This document shows, one piece after another, positions 26,308-38,534 of a DNA stretch of 64,000 bases. The stretch is from Mytilus californianus (taxonomy: Eukaryota), in contig NW_026262582.1 in NCBI RefSeq assembly GCF_021869535.1, positions 5,146,001-5,210,000 of the forward strand, written 5' to 3'. The translations under genes and the position numbers were made by a program. Numbering within the stretch: the stretch's first letter is position 1; each line of letters starts with the position of its first letter. Under the pieces are notes generated by a model that did not search any database, had not been told where the DNA came from, and was given only the letters and a program-made list of their open reading frames with translations.

Positions 26308-26332
26308 CTAAAATAGATCAATCAAAATATAA

Positions 26333-26630
26333 TTAAATTCTAAAAAGTTGTCTGGTAATAATTTTTTGTAATTCATTTTTGCTGCATTCTTCAAACATGG
26401 TACTGAGAAGATGTTCGAACATTGCCAGTTCAAAAAGATATTGATCTCCTGACTCTATTGTGTTAAGTTCAATGACCTCCACCCATTCATTAATCAAGCG
26501 TGGTGATGAGTTAATTTCTCCACCCACAGATGGATTACAAGTGTCCATACACTGCCGAAAAATCCTTGTGAGAACAGTAATTTCTGCCTTTATACATACT
26601 TTCAAATATAAGGTATTATAAACCTTCTTA
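26333..26630 (-). pseudogene. Accessory ORF B, 3' half (split by the LINE)
   Basis: Joins ORF 33403..33633 in frame once the LINE and one TSD copy are removed: ...RPSLVKKV-YNTLY-LKVCIKAEI... Confidence 0.85.
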
Positions 26631-26917
26631 GTTTAAACATATTTTATTTGCTAAATATCAGCAAAATGGATGAGACACAAGTAAATCATACTTATGAAGT
26701 CTTCTCCATATTACAATACAAGTATATATACAATAATAACATTATGAGCATGCATGTAAAGCTAACAAATTCATAAATATTATACGAACTATAAATAAAA
26801 AGAAAAAAGAACAAGAAGAATGGAAAAGGAGGAAAAGAAAAAGAAGCAAATTATATTTTCTGTGATGTTGACTTAGGTTTGATGGTGATGATCATCCGTG
26901 CCGGTAGCAATAATATT

Positions 26918-29900
26918 TTATGAAGGTACTAGAAATCTGTTAGACCTTTTAATAAAATCTTGAACATGTTTGAAAATTAGGAGATTTTGTTCATTCGAAA
27001 GTTCAAGATCTCCGCAAGTTAATAGTTTAGTATCAATAATAAAGTTTTCAGTAAGCCAATTAAGATTGTTAAGTAAAATTTCTCTACATGTAGTGTATTT
27101 TGGGCAAACTAAAAGAAAATGATGAACATCCTCAATATCAGACCCACACTGACACGAAGGATCCAGTATAATGTTAGCTTTGAAAAGGTCAGAGTTCAAA
27201 AATGAAGCGGAACATCGCAATTGAGTTAAAATAATATTCAGTTTCCTCGGACCGTACATATAATACGGCGCAACTCTACTCTGAACACTTTTATTTTTCA
27301 ATTCTCTCTTAAATTTAGATATAGAGTCGGTGTTTCGAATTTTTAAGTCAAGCTTATTCCATTCTCGTATTGTGGATGGAATAAAAGATTCAGTGGTAAG
27401 GGAAAGTCTACAAAATGGAACAATGATATTTTGACCGTTTCGCAACGGATAGTTGGTTGTACTTTGTATACATGGGGGGACAAGATTACACAGGTACTGA
27501 GGTGCATGTTTTTTATTTATATTATAAAACATCTGTAATTTTCTTCTTCTTCGTCTTTCATATAAAGATTCCCAGCCAACCTCAGAGTACAGAGTATCAG
27601 TTTTAGTGAAGATTGGTAGACCTGTTACAATTCTTGCGGCTTCCAATTGCAAATTTTCTAATTTATTTGAATAACATATCCCACAATTATCCCACACTTC
27701 CGTGGCATATTCAAAAATGGGTCTAATAAAAACTAGATAAAGTTTTTCTAAATTATTACGAGACAGTCGATATTTAAGTTTACGCAGAACATTAAGGTGT
27801 TTCTTTACACTTGTAATTATACTTTCAATATGATTGTTCCATTTTGCGTCACAACTAAAGGTAACTCCCAGGTGCTTATGCGATGTATTTATAGGGATAG
27901 TTTTATCATTTAGGGAAAAGTTGAGATCTGGTATCTCAATATTTGAAAATATCATAATTTCTGTTTTATCAGGATTAAATGACATAAGCCATTTAGTTGA
28001 CCAAACATCCAGCTCTTTCAGGTCGCGGTCGATCACAGATTTAATCTGTTCACCATCGCTACCGGAATAACTGAATGAAGTGTCGTCTGCAAATAGCCTA
28101 CACAGCGATGTAAGCTTATCAGCAATATCATTAATATATAAAACAAAGAGAAGAGGGCCCAAAACAGATCACTTAGGTACACCTGCTAACACATTACAAA
28201 AGAAGGAGGACGAATTATTCAGTACTACTCTTTGTTTCCTGTCATGCAGATAATCTTCAAACCACTGTAATAAGGTTCCATCAATACCATAGGCTTTTAG
28301 TTTGTGAATAAGACCTCTATGCCAAACTTTGTCAAACGCTTTAGAGAAATCACAGAATACAAAACAGTTTATTTCTTTTTTTTCCAAAGAGTTTAAGATG
28401 CAGTTGTATATTTCTAAAAGTTGATGGACGGTTGAATTTTGGGGAAGAAATCCGGATTGATATTCATAAATTAATTTGTTAGCGTGTAGATGATTATACA
28501 AGTGCTTAAAAACAACTCTTTCCATTACTTTTCCAACACAACTAATAAGAGAAATTGGTCTGTAATTTGAAGGCAAGGATGAATCCCCCTTTTTGAAAAT
28601 AGGTATTAAATTAGCTATCTTCCAACTGGTTGGATATTTGCCTTCTCTTAAAGATTTATTGAATATAATGTTTAGCGGAACTGCAACCTTTTCCGGACAT
28701 AACTTAAGCATTTTATGGCTGATCACATCTGGGCCTGATGCCTTGTTTGGATCTAATATCTGGATAATATCTATGATTTCTTGTGTATTTATTTTGATTT
28801 CCGAAAATTTACTATCAGTTTTTGTTTTAAATTCGGGTAAATTTACATGTTCGTCATCAAGTTTTGAAATCATACTAAAATATTTGTTTAATAAGCTGCA
28901 TTTATCCTCATCTTCATATACGACATCGTTTAGTCCATTATCATTTATAATATTTTGGAGAGGGGGTATGTTGTCCGAATTTTTATTTGATTTAATCAAC
29001 ATTTTCATAAGTTTCCAATACGTTTTTGAGTTCGGGGAGTTTTCTAGTATAATACTGTCCAAATTTGTTTCAAACTTTTGTTTGGCTATTTTTTTCATAT
29101 TATTTACTTTATTTCTCTGTTGCTTGTACCTCAAAATGTCATTTTCAGTCTTGGATTTAACTGCCTTTTTTCTTAATCGGTCTCGAATCCGAATTTCTCG
29201 TCTTATGTCGTTATTGAACCAGTGTTTGTCGTTATGTCTTACAGTTATTAGTTTAGTAGGGATACACTCTTTGGCTATTTTCAAAAATTCTATTGTAAAT
29301 ATTTCACACAACTCGTTGGTGTTTTTAGTGTCCGGAAGCACTGTGTTCCAGTCTATTTCATCTAACTTCTCCGCAAATTTTGATTCATCAGCCCTATCAT
29401 AGAGCCATATTTCTCTTTTAAAAGATTTAAAATCGGACATTGGACATTCGAGAAATGCAATAGGTGCATCATGATCACTAATATCGGATGGGGTTTTTAG
29501 AACATTAGAAAAGGAACATGTCATAGAGTCACTTATTATAATCGGATCTAGCAGAGTGCTACTATGGTCCGTTATTCTAGTAGGTAGCTTAATTACATTG
29601 GTTAGATTGAACAAATTTAATGTGTCAATCAGTTTGTTGTTGTGCGCTGTAAGTAAGTCAGAGTTCAAATCGCCCGTAATAACCATCCTCTCATTGACCT
29701 GTAATCCCATTCCGATTGCATGATTTAAACGTGTCCAGTAGTTATTATCTGAATTAGGCGATCGATAAGTGTGACATAATAAAAATGTTTGGCCTCTAAC
29801 ATGGATATTTACAAAAAGGGATTCATCGTCTATTGTTTCGAGTGCATTAATGCGTTTAAGTCCAATACCATCTTTAACATAGATAAGTAAACCACCACCA

Positions 29901-30394
29901 AAGCTATTTCTATCTTTTCTTACGATATTTGAAGAGAAAGAGTCTAGTTGTATGTTGTCATCAGCGATGTTGGGATCTAAGTGCGTTTCTGTTAATGTTA
30001 CAATATCAAATTCGTCACAAAAATTATTTAGAAATGCTAGTTTATTTCTGACGGATCTAATGTTCAGACTACAAATGGAAATAAAATTTTCTGATGTATT
30101 TGTGTCGTTAAATGACGGTGTATTCGATTCGTTACGAAGATTTGGACCTGGGTTTGTTTCAACATTTCCAATTATGAGGATAAAATGAAGTACATACAAC
30201 AGAAAAATAATGTCTGATCTTGGACTTACTGTTTGTAAAACAGAGAGATTGAAGACGAGGAAACTGCAGCGTAAGTTAGTAAAAAGTATATCTGAATAGG
30301 AATCCATTTTTATACGTGCTAAAGGTTTACAGTATTTTCTTCGATTATTAAATATACCTACAGCAGCCCTGTAATCTTGAACGCTGTTACCCAT
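26918..30394 (-). pseudogene. LINE ORF2 (AP endonuclease plus reverse transcriptase), ~1158 aa with one in-frame stop
   Basis: SLNIRS, LTETHL, TGDLN, SDHD (APE). KASGPD, NYRPISL, DFSKAFDKVWH, GVPK*SVLGPLLF (from GVPQG), LFADD (RT). Confidence 0.95.
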
Positions 30395-30462
30395 TGACTG
30401 AAACAGCCGTAACAGGGGATAAGAAAGGACTGTTGTAGGGAAGCATTACCAAACCGGCACAC

Positions 30463-30495
<33 letters not shown>

Positions 30496-30593
30496 CAGGA
30501 AAACACAACAAAATAATAAAAACAAAAAGATTCAAAAAATAATTTGAACAGTATAAAAGCATGAGAAGTGAGTTTGACATACATGGAAGTCAT
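30387..30593 (-). other. 68-codon upstream ORF with poly-Asp from a (GAT)n run; its stop overlaps the ORF2 start
   Basis: ORF track. The sequence gtcaATGggTAA contains both the ORF2 ATG and the uORF stop. Confidence 0.35.
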
Positions 30594-32125
30594 GATCGTT
30601 GAATGAAAATGGGATTCTATAATATTGAAAAAAATTAGTTTTATACTTACAGGGAAAAACTAGACAAAAAAAAATTAAATTAAAACTGTATTGATATTAA
30701 ATAAGGCACTAAGTATGAATGCCAATGAGAAAACTGTACACGATAAAGTTCAAACTATTAGACCTGGAAGTAAACAAGTTTTAAATTACAAGTTTGGTAG
30801 CCAGAACACATATTTAATTAGCCAGAGGAATGGGATATAGACGTTTCTATAAAATCTATCATTATTTTTTGTAGTTTTATAGCTATCATTGTTGTTATCA
30901 GTATTAACTCAAACTTCCATATATGCTATTGGTTTTACATCTAAATCAAACATTACAAAAAAAAGCAAAGACAATAAACATTAAAGTACAAATTACCACA
31001 GCATACACAATAAACATATATACATTGACAACCGAACAGGAATACAATACAAAAGGTCAAGGCAAATGGCTCATATAATAATAGACAAATTTCATCTTGC
31101 ATTACAGCTATTCTTTACGCTTTGTTTTTTTATTCATTCTGAAATTATGCATCTATTAAATACTGATACACTGCTATGGTGAGCTATCCGTCGATAGATA
31201 TTTAAATTGATCCTTTGTGTAGAGTTTGGTAAGAGTATTTACTGGATTTCTACAGTGTACACTAATATATTACATGCTGTTGACAATTGTACTGGTTGTA
31301 TATGAACTATAAATAAAAGAAGATTGGACGGAAAAATAATAGAAAATAAGGAGTTAACATTTATAAGATTCGATTATGTCCTGTACTTATTACTGATTTT
31401 GTAATTTTAATATATGTACCCGTTACGTAAATAAATGTTTGATTTACTTTTTTTTTTTTTATAAAACTGTAAACGGCGAGCCAGCGCCTTACTTTTAGCA
31501 TGAATTTTACCATTTAAAGATAGCAATTAATAATACAAATGAGAAACTTGAATACCATGTTGAAAGTCATAATAAGTAATAACTGATCTATTTTCATAAG
31601 GTTATTAAACAGGACAATAACCCTGTTAGCAGTTTTTAACGAATGTATGTTATTGCGTATAAAGGAAGAAAATGACGAAGGATGGAGTTAAAGGGAAAAT
31701 TTGCATGTTTAGCAGAAAAACAAAACAAGAAAGAGATGGGCTCCAAACTATAAACGCATACTATGATATGCTTCGTCCGAATTATTATTGCTTATCAAAA
31801 TTCAATGACATAAGTGTACCAGCTGCTGTTTATTAAATAGAAGAGTTAACTTAAGTCTTCTTCATAATCAAGAGTGAATAAGTGTCAATTTGCATGGTAG
31901 AGGAAAACGCTAATTTACTTTATTCATAGAGATGTGTTATATAGTGTGATCACTTTCGTTCATTATTTTTTATTTAATTAGGATTTTTTTGGACATGAAT
32001 ACTCTATTTGTAAATGGCAACACCTTGATTAGCACATATGATACTTATTAGGAAACGTGAAACAATGCGAAACAAATAGGAAGTGAGTTTATTAAAGTTT
32101 TGAAAAGTTGATGAGATCCTGTACA

Positions 32126-33250
32126 CTAGTCTCCAGAGTTGTTTGAGTTTGTGCTGTCTTCACCTTGACGGATTGCTGCCTCAAGATCAGAAATATCTTG
32201 GAGATCGTTGATTATTCGTTTATTACTGTTTGCAGTCAGTTTGACAAAGATTCGACCGTCCATGGTCCAGTATGTATTGATTTTATTGTTAAATTTTAGA
32301 GCGGCTAATTTTTTGACGAGGTTTGTCCTAAATTGGGTCAAGTTTTCTGTAATGAAGGTACCATTTGGATCACCTTTTAGAGCCTTTTTGTTTGAGTATA
32401 CTAGTTGTCTAGTTCTGTAGGAAATGAATCGTACAATCACTTGAGTCTTTCCTTGTTTGACTTTGCCAATGACATGTGATCTTCCTATGTCTTGGATACC
32501 AATATCAAGTTTGAGTTTGTTTTTACATATATCCAATATGATGTTGTCAGTATCGACAGGATGTACAATTTTACCTCCACTGAGTCGGTCTACAGGAATA
32601 GGGATATTATTGAAACGAAGACTTGTCCTTCTAGAGTACTGTTCTTGAATTTCAAGTCTGTTCTCTAGTTCTGCAACCCTGTTATAAAGGAAGTTGATAT
32701 CGTTGTCTCGTTCTTTGTTTGATGTTACTTGATCTTTAGTGGTGCTTTGTAAGGCTGAAAGTTGGATAAATTGCAAAGTGATTTGTTGCTGTTGTTTTTC
32801 AATTGTTTTATTCTGACTGTCGATTTTGTGTAAAAGTGGTTCCATTTCGTCCATAACACATTTTTTGACCTCCGTTTGTATAATTGGCACCAAGGTTTCA
32901 CTTATTTGTTTTGACAAAATAGGCATAATAGTGTTTATGACCTCTGGACTGCTTAGGGCCTCCAGGACTCGATCAGCAACAGACTTTCTAAGTGAAGCCG
33001 CTTTTTTGGGAATATCTAAATCAGTAAGATCACCTAACGAATTGCCTCGCCTTCGGAGTTGTCTTGTCCGCTGTTTAAGTGTCGCTGGGAGGGTATCGGG
33101 GCTGTCTGGATGGGGTCTCTTGTTACAAATAGACTCTTGTGTGGTTATTGTAAGACCTGGTTGAGAGCAAGTTACCAAAATATCATCTTGGCTTTCATCT
33201 GGCAAGTCCTTGTTTACATTTGTGGGGGACGCCATATTGTTTTCACTCAT
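32126..33250 (-). CDS. LINE ORF1 (coiled coil plus RRM, L1/Transposase_22-like), intact 374 aa
   Basis: LENRLEIQEQYSRRTSLRFNNIP, DIGRSHVIG, VIVRFISY, FITENLT. Confidence 0.88.
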   Translation of the reverse strand: MSENNMASPTNVNKDLPDESQDDILVTCSQPGLTITTQESICNKRPHPDSPDTLPATLKQRTRQLRRRGNSLGDLTDLDIPKKAASLRKSVADRVLEALSSPEVINTIMPILSKQISETLVPIIQTEVKKCVMDEMEPLLHKIDSQNKTIEKQQQQITLQFIQLSALQSTTKDQVTSNKERDNDINFLYNRVAELENRLEIQEQYSRRTSLRFNNIPIPVDRLSGGKIVHPVDTDNIILDICKNKLKLDIGIQDIGRSHVIGKVKQGKTQVIVRFISYRTRQLVYSNKKALKGDPNGTFITENLTQFRTNLVKKLAALKFNNKINTYWTMDGRIFVKLTANSNKRIINDLQDISDLEAAIRQGEDSTNSNNSGD

Positions 33251-33403
33251 TACAAAATCTGCACGGAGCTAAGCTCAGTAAAATATAATGTTTACATCAA
33301 AGTTTGTTCACTGATTTTCAGTTCAGTTAAACATTAAAGTATTCAGGAATGAAATAAATGACAGTTTTCAGGAAAAATAATGCGTTATCCATCAATTATA
33401 AAT

Positions 33404-33633
33404 TAAACCTTCTTAACCAGAGATGGGCGAATCCCAATTTTGTTAATTGATGTTTTTGAACCATGATGGATGATGTTAGTAATTAGTCGAATTGAATATG
33501 TTGTTTCAGCAGTTTTTCTTTTCAAAAAATCGGCATGACATCTTCTCATCATTTTTATTATTTCATTTGGCAATGCATGGGTCTCTTCAATAAATTCGAT
33601 CGGCAGTGCAAGGATAGCTTCTGTATCTTCCAT
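33404..33633 (-). pseudogene. Accessory ORF B, 5' half
   Basis: 76 codons ending in the TSD. ATG preceded by ttttttctttattctaactacag. Confidence 0.8.
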
Positions 33634-33689
33634 CTGTAGTTAGAATAAAGAAAAAATTAATAATTATTTAATGTTAAAAAAATGTTCAA

Positions 33690-34022
33690 CTATAGTAATT
33701 TTCTAACATGTTCCTTATATTCAGGATGTTGCTTACAGTATGAAAATTCACTTTGTACACTTGTCCCAAATTCTATCAAAGCGGTAATATAGGAATTTTC
33801 CTCTACTTCACTTATGACTCTACTGGTAATTACCCAGCCCTTAATTATTGATGGTATAAGATTAGCGGAAGGCCTGAGTGCAATTATTGACTTGAATTCT
33901 TTATTCATAGGTCGTTTTAGGAATGCCATATATTCTCGATGGTTCTTGCGCACTATACGCCTCAATTCCCAGGGCAAGGAAGCAACAAATTCTAATCGAA
34001 GATCAGCATTAAGACAATCCAT
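33690..34022 (-). CDS. Accessory ORF A, 110 aa, unknown function
   Basis: Intact ORF between the pol stop and ORF B. ATG preceded by ttttatcatatcacttcag. No domain recognised. Confidence 0.65.
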   Translation of the reverse strand: MDCLNADLRLEFVASLPWELRRIVRKNHREYMAFLKRPMNKEFKSIIALRPSANLIPSIIKGWVITSRVISEVEENSYITALIEFGTSVQSEFSYCKQHPEYKEHVRKLL

Positions 34023-37000
34023 CTGAAGTGATATGATAAAATCATTTGATTACATAATTACAAGTTATACACTAATTCCCTATATATCTATATACATAAT
34101 TATTCTAAACACTAATGAAGCCTATGACCATGTTTTGTTAGTCGTGCATTTTATTAAGATAACAAGAAATGTTTGAGAGAAATTTTAACATTAATTCGTC
34201 TTTCTTTTCAGACTTTTTAACAATTCGTTTAGTTTTCTTTGGTATTCTAATTTCATCAACAGACATTTTTTGACTGCTTTCTGAATTATACCCATCGGAA
34301 CTATTATTATCTGACATTCTATAACCGGAACCGGAAGTAACGGAAGAATTTTCATCCTCCTTTTCGCGTCGGTTTCTGTTTGCTATTTTCTGTTTTAATT
34401 CAGCGAGCGGAATATTGTCCTCGTCGGACGATGTTTCTCGTTCTTGTCGGTAACGATTTATGAGTCTTTCTCGAGGATTAGCGTCCGGAAGTTCACTTTC
34501 ACTACCGTCACTGTCCTTTGGAGGTACAACATAATTTGTTTTCCTTAATTGCCTACCTTCTATATTTGTTGGAATAACCCATTCATCAATCTTAGCTTTT
34601 TTAAGGTGTTCTAAATAGACTTTTCTAGCGACAGACCCATCTAATTGGTTTTTAAGGACAAAAGTTACCGGAGAAATTTTCTCAATTATTCTGTAATAAG
34701 GTTTCCACTTAGTGTCTAATTTACTTTTTCTTAAATGATTTTTGTAATATACTGGATCACCATTTTCTAAATTTATTTCTTGTCTATTTTTATCTGCGTT
34801 TTGTTTTTGTTTTTCTTTAGATTTCTTCAAATTTCTATGAACTAAAACGAAAGATTTATGTTGTTGTTCTAACAAAATCTTGTGCGGATCTTCACCTACA
34901 TATTTCCTTCTAGGTTTTAACAGATTATCAATTGGAAGAACAGGATCTTTATTGTATAAAAGAAAAAATGGAGAAAATTTTGTTGATTCATTTTCTTGAA
35001 ACCTAATAGCTGCTATTGTTTGATTTAAGCATACGTCCCAAGTAGACGCGTCACTTTGCAATTTCTTTGCCATGACGTCATGAAGCGTCCTGTGAAATCT
35101 TTTTACTTTCGCGTTTCCCTGTGGATGATAAAAAGAAGTTGTTATGTGACTTATATTCAATTCTTTTAAAGTTTCTTCAAATATTTTGGAGGTGAATTCA
35201 CCGCCATTGTCTGACACTATAACCAAAGGCACGGAAAAGTTTGGAATTATTTCTTCAATTAATAAATGAACAACATTTTCCGAAGTTTTATTTGGAACAG
35301 GAAAAGCCAAAGGCCACCCGCTGTAATGACAAACAAAGCTAACAATATACTTATTTCCTGACAATGAGGTAGGATAAGGTCCAGATAGATCTACCCCTAT
35401 CTTAGCAAATGGAAATGGTAGTACATCAGATATTTGTAATAAAGGTTTTGTTTTACCTGCACTTTGAGATTGACAGATAACACAGGAATTAATATATGAA
35501 TTTAGTTCTTTATATAACTTTGGCCAAAAATATTTTTGCCTAATTAAATCGTGACATTTGTCGATGCCTAAATGACTTAGGTTGTCATGATAACTTTTAA
35601 TGACCTCATTTCTTATTTGTAATGGAATGTAAAGCCTTAATTTTAAATCATCATCGGGGTGAGAAATGTAATAAAGTATATCATTGATAATAATATGTTT
35701 ATTATCAACACTCCTTGAAGCTTTACCTGTGTTAATTTGATTAATAATTTCCGAAAGTTCTATGACTAAAGATTGTTCAATTTTCATGTCATAACCAGGA
35801 ATCGTGCATTCCTTAACGCTTAATTGGTCATCTTCCTTATAGTCACAACTTGCAAAATCTTTTGGATTGAACTGATTTGAGTTCAAAGTATTGATCTGAA
35901 AAGCCTTGTCACTTATATCTACTTCAATTGTTTCATTTTGGTTTTGATTCTTTTCTTGACCCGGAGGTCTTTTTGAAAGATAGTCAGCAATAGTGTTATC
36001 AGTGCCCGCAAGCCATTCAATCTTGCAATTATAACTTGCAATACCTAAAGCCCAAAGCTGTAATTTCTTGTTACATTGTGGCGAGAGCAAAAGGTACTTT
36101 AAAGGTTTGTGGTCAGTTCTGATAATAAATTCAGCCCCATGAAGATAATGATCTAATTTCTGTAATGCATAATGAATGCTAAATGCTTCTTTTTCGATAG
36201 TAGACCATCTAGACTGTGAGATAAATAGGTTTTTCTTTTCTTAAACATGGTAAATGAGTTTCTTCCTCCTCGCAAGGTTGCGTAAGACATGCACCTATGG
36301 TATCATTAGACGCATCAGTATATAAAACATAAGGTTTCTTCAAGTCTGGGTATGCTAATAAAGGAGTCACAGTTAAACTATATTTTAAAAAATCAAAAGC
36401 TTTTTGACATTCTTCATCCCATTGAAACTTAGCATATTTTTTTTGTTAGAGCAACTAAAGGTATAGAAATTTTTGAAAAATTTGGAATAAATCGTCTATA
36501 GTATGAACACGTCCCTTTAAAACTTCTTACTTCCTTAACCGTAACAGGGTTTGGTAAAGTTTTTATTGCTTCGACTTTGCCATCGTCCAGTTTTACACCG
36601 TCGATATTGATTTTAAATCCTAAATAATTGGTTTCTTACTGTAAAAATTGACATTTCTTTAATTTCAACTTCAAATTATGTTGCCTTAATCTGTCAAATG
36701 CTTGCTGAATATGATCAAAATGTTCTTCTAGAGTTTCAGAAAATATCAAAATATCATCTTTATACGAGATAGCAAATTTTAGGTCTTGTAAGACTATCTC
36801 CATCAATTGACTAAATACAGCAGGACTATTTTGTAACCCAAATGGCACAACATTAAATTCAAACAATCCTCGATGACAAACAAATGCTGTTTTTGATTTA
36901 TCTTCGTCTGCCATCTGGACTTGCCAAAATCCACTGCGAAGATCGATTAGGCTGTAGAACTTTGCAGCCCCTAAAAGGGTCAATATATCGTCGATAACCG

Positions 37001-38175
37001 GTAACGGATATCGGTTCGCTAATGTATTAGAGTTTAAATTTCTGAAATCAATGCAGAAACGTGTGGTTTTATCCTTTTTATCCACTAATACTACTGGTGA
37101 CGAATAATTACTGTTAGACCTTCGAATAATGTTTGCTTCTAACATGTCAGTTATTGCCTTATTGACTATTTCCCTTTTATGTAATGGAGTTCTATATGGT
37201 TTCAATTTAACCGGGGGATTATCACCCGTGTCAATCCTCATTTTTAGTGTCAGTTTGACCTAATTCAGTATCCTTAAAAGCAAAAACATCTCTATTATTG
37301 TTCAATATTTGTAACACCCTACCCCTATAGGCATCAGGAACATTAAGATCAGTTTCAAAAACATTCTCAATTTCAGAGTGTTCTTGAGTAGATTCAAGTG
37401 ATACAACATTTTCTTCTAAAACTGGTGAAGCCCTGCCTATTGCTATGCCCCTTCTAAATTTATAAGTTCTATTCGTAGTATTAACTATAAGAACTGGCAT
37501 TTGACGTTTTTCATTAATTTTTGCAACTGAATTAGCAACCATTAAACCTGGTTGAGAACTCAAATGCCCCTTAGTAATTGGTGAAATTTCAAAAGATTTA
37601 GAACTTGAAAAGGTATAATTTTTATGACCTTTTACATAACAGATATTGCTAGTCTGAGGTTTAAAGACAGTGGTACGAGCAAGTCCAACAATTGAAGCTA
37701 TGTGAATATCTTCTACTAATGGTACATAAGTTTTATTTACCCTTAAACACCACAAATCAAAATAAACTCTAACACCAAATTTAATCACGGCCCAAAATTG
37801 CATTTCTGTTCATGTCAGATACCACATAAAAGGTATGTTTATTTTGTTTCCTTTCATGTTAAAGTCTAAATTTATACCCAAAACATTTAAAGAAGCCCCG
37901 TTAACTCCTTGTAAATTGACTTTTCTTTTTTCTAATTTTGGTAATCCTTTAATTGAATTGTAAATTTTATTATGCAATAAAGATACTGAAGCTCCACTGT
38001 CAATTAAACTTCTAACTTTCATATGTGCTATTTTAATCAAACAAGAATTTGGATTTCCCGCCAAATTAATTTCATAAGTTTCGACTTGATCAGTTTCACT
38101 TTGAGTTATGTTTTCGGTTATGTTACCCAAAGGTATTTGTTCATGATAAGGTTCAATGTTTCTATTTTGTAATTT

Positions 38176-38310
38176 TGAATTTCGCGCCATTTGTACTTCG
38201 TTTACTTCCGGTTTTGAATTAAAATTTCGCGCCATTTTTACTTTGTTTACTTCCGGTTTTGAATTAAAATTTCGCGCCATTTTTACTTTGTTTACTTCCG
38301 GTTTTGAATT
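38176..38310. repeat. 45-bp tandem repeat x3 upstream of the protease (MARNFNSKPEVNKVK)
   Basis: Direct tandem copies preserving the pol frame. Confidence 0.9.
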
Positions 38311-38534
38311 ACGATCGTTAGAATGTTTATAATAACTTTAATTCCAGTGATAGGTAAAATTGTTAGAATATGCATTATTAAAGTTTGTTGATTTGTTATT
38401 TATTTTTTTTAACCATGATTCATATATATTATATACAGGTTTTGTATTTCCATAATTAATTTTTCTCTCAAACATCTTATTTCCCCTTATTCCCTTAAAA
38501 GTCTCCCTATTGGCTTCAGCATAAAGAGACCGTC

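Larger units (their letters stand above)
26631..33403 (-). mobile_element. Full-length non-LTR retrotransposon (CR1/L2 group) nested in the Gypsy element
   Basis: ORF1 plus ORF2 (APE-RT). 3' end aataaaatatgtttaaac. 12-bp TSD taaaccttctta at 26619-26630 and 33404-33415. Confidence 0.95.

Noticed and set aside
28593-33164. Plus-strand ORFs antisense to the LINE, DIRS and Gypsy coding regions (e.g. 28593..29402, 21110..21637, 32826..33164)
   Set aside because: Shadow frames of real minus-strand ORFs with no recognisable motifs.
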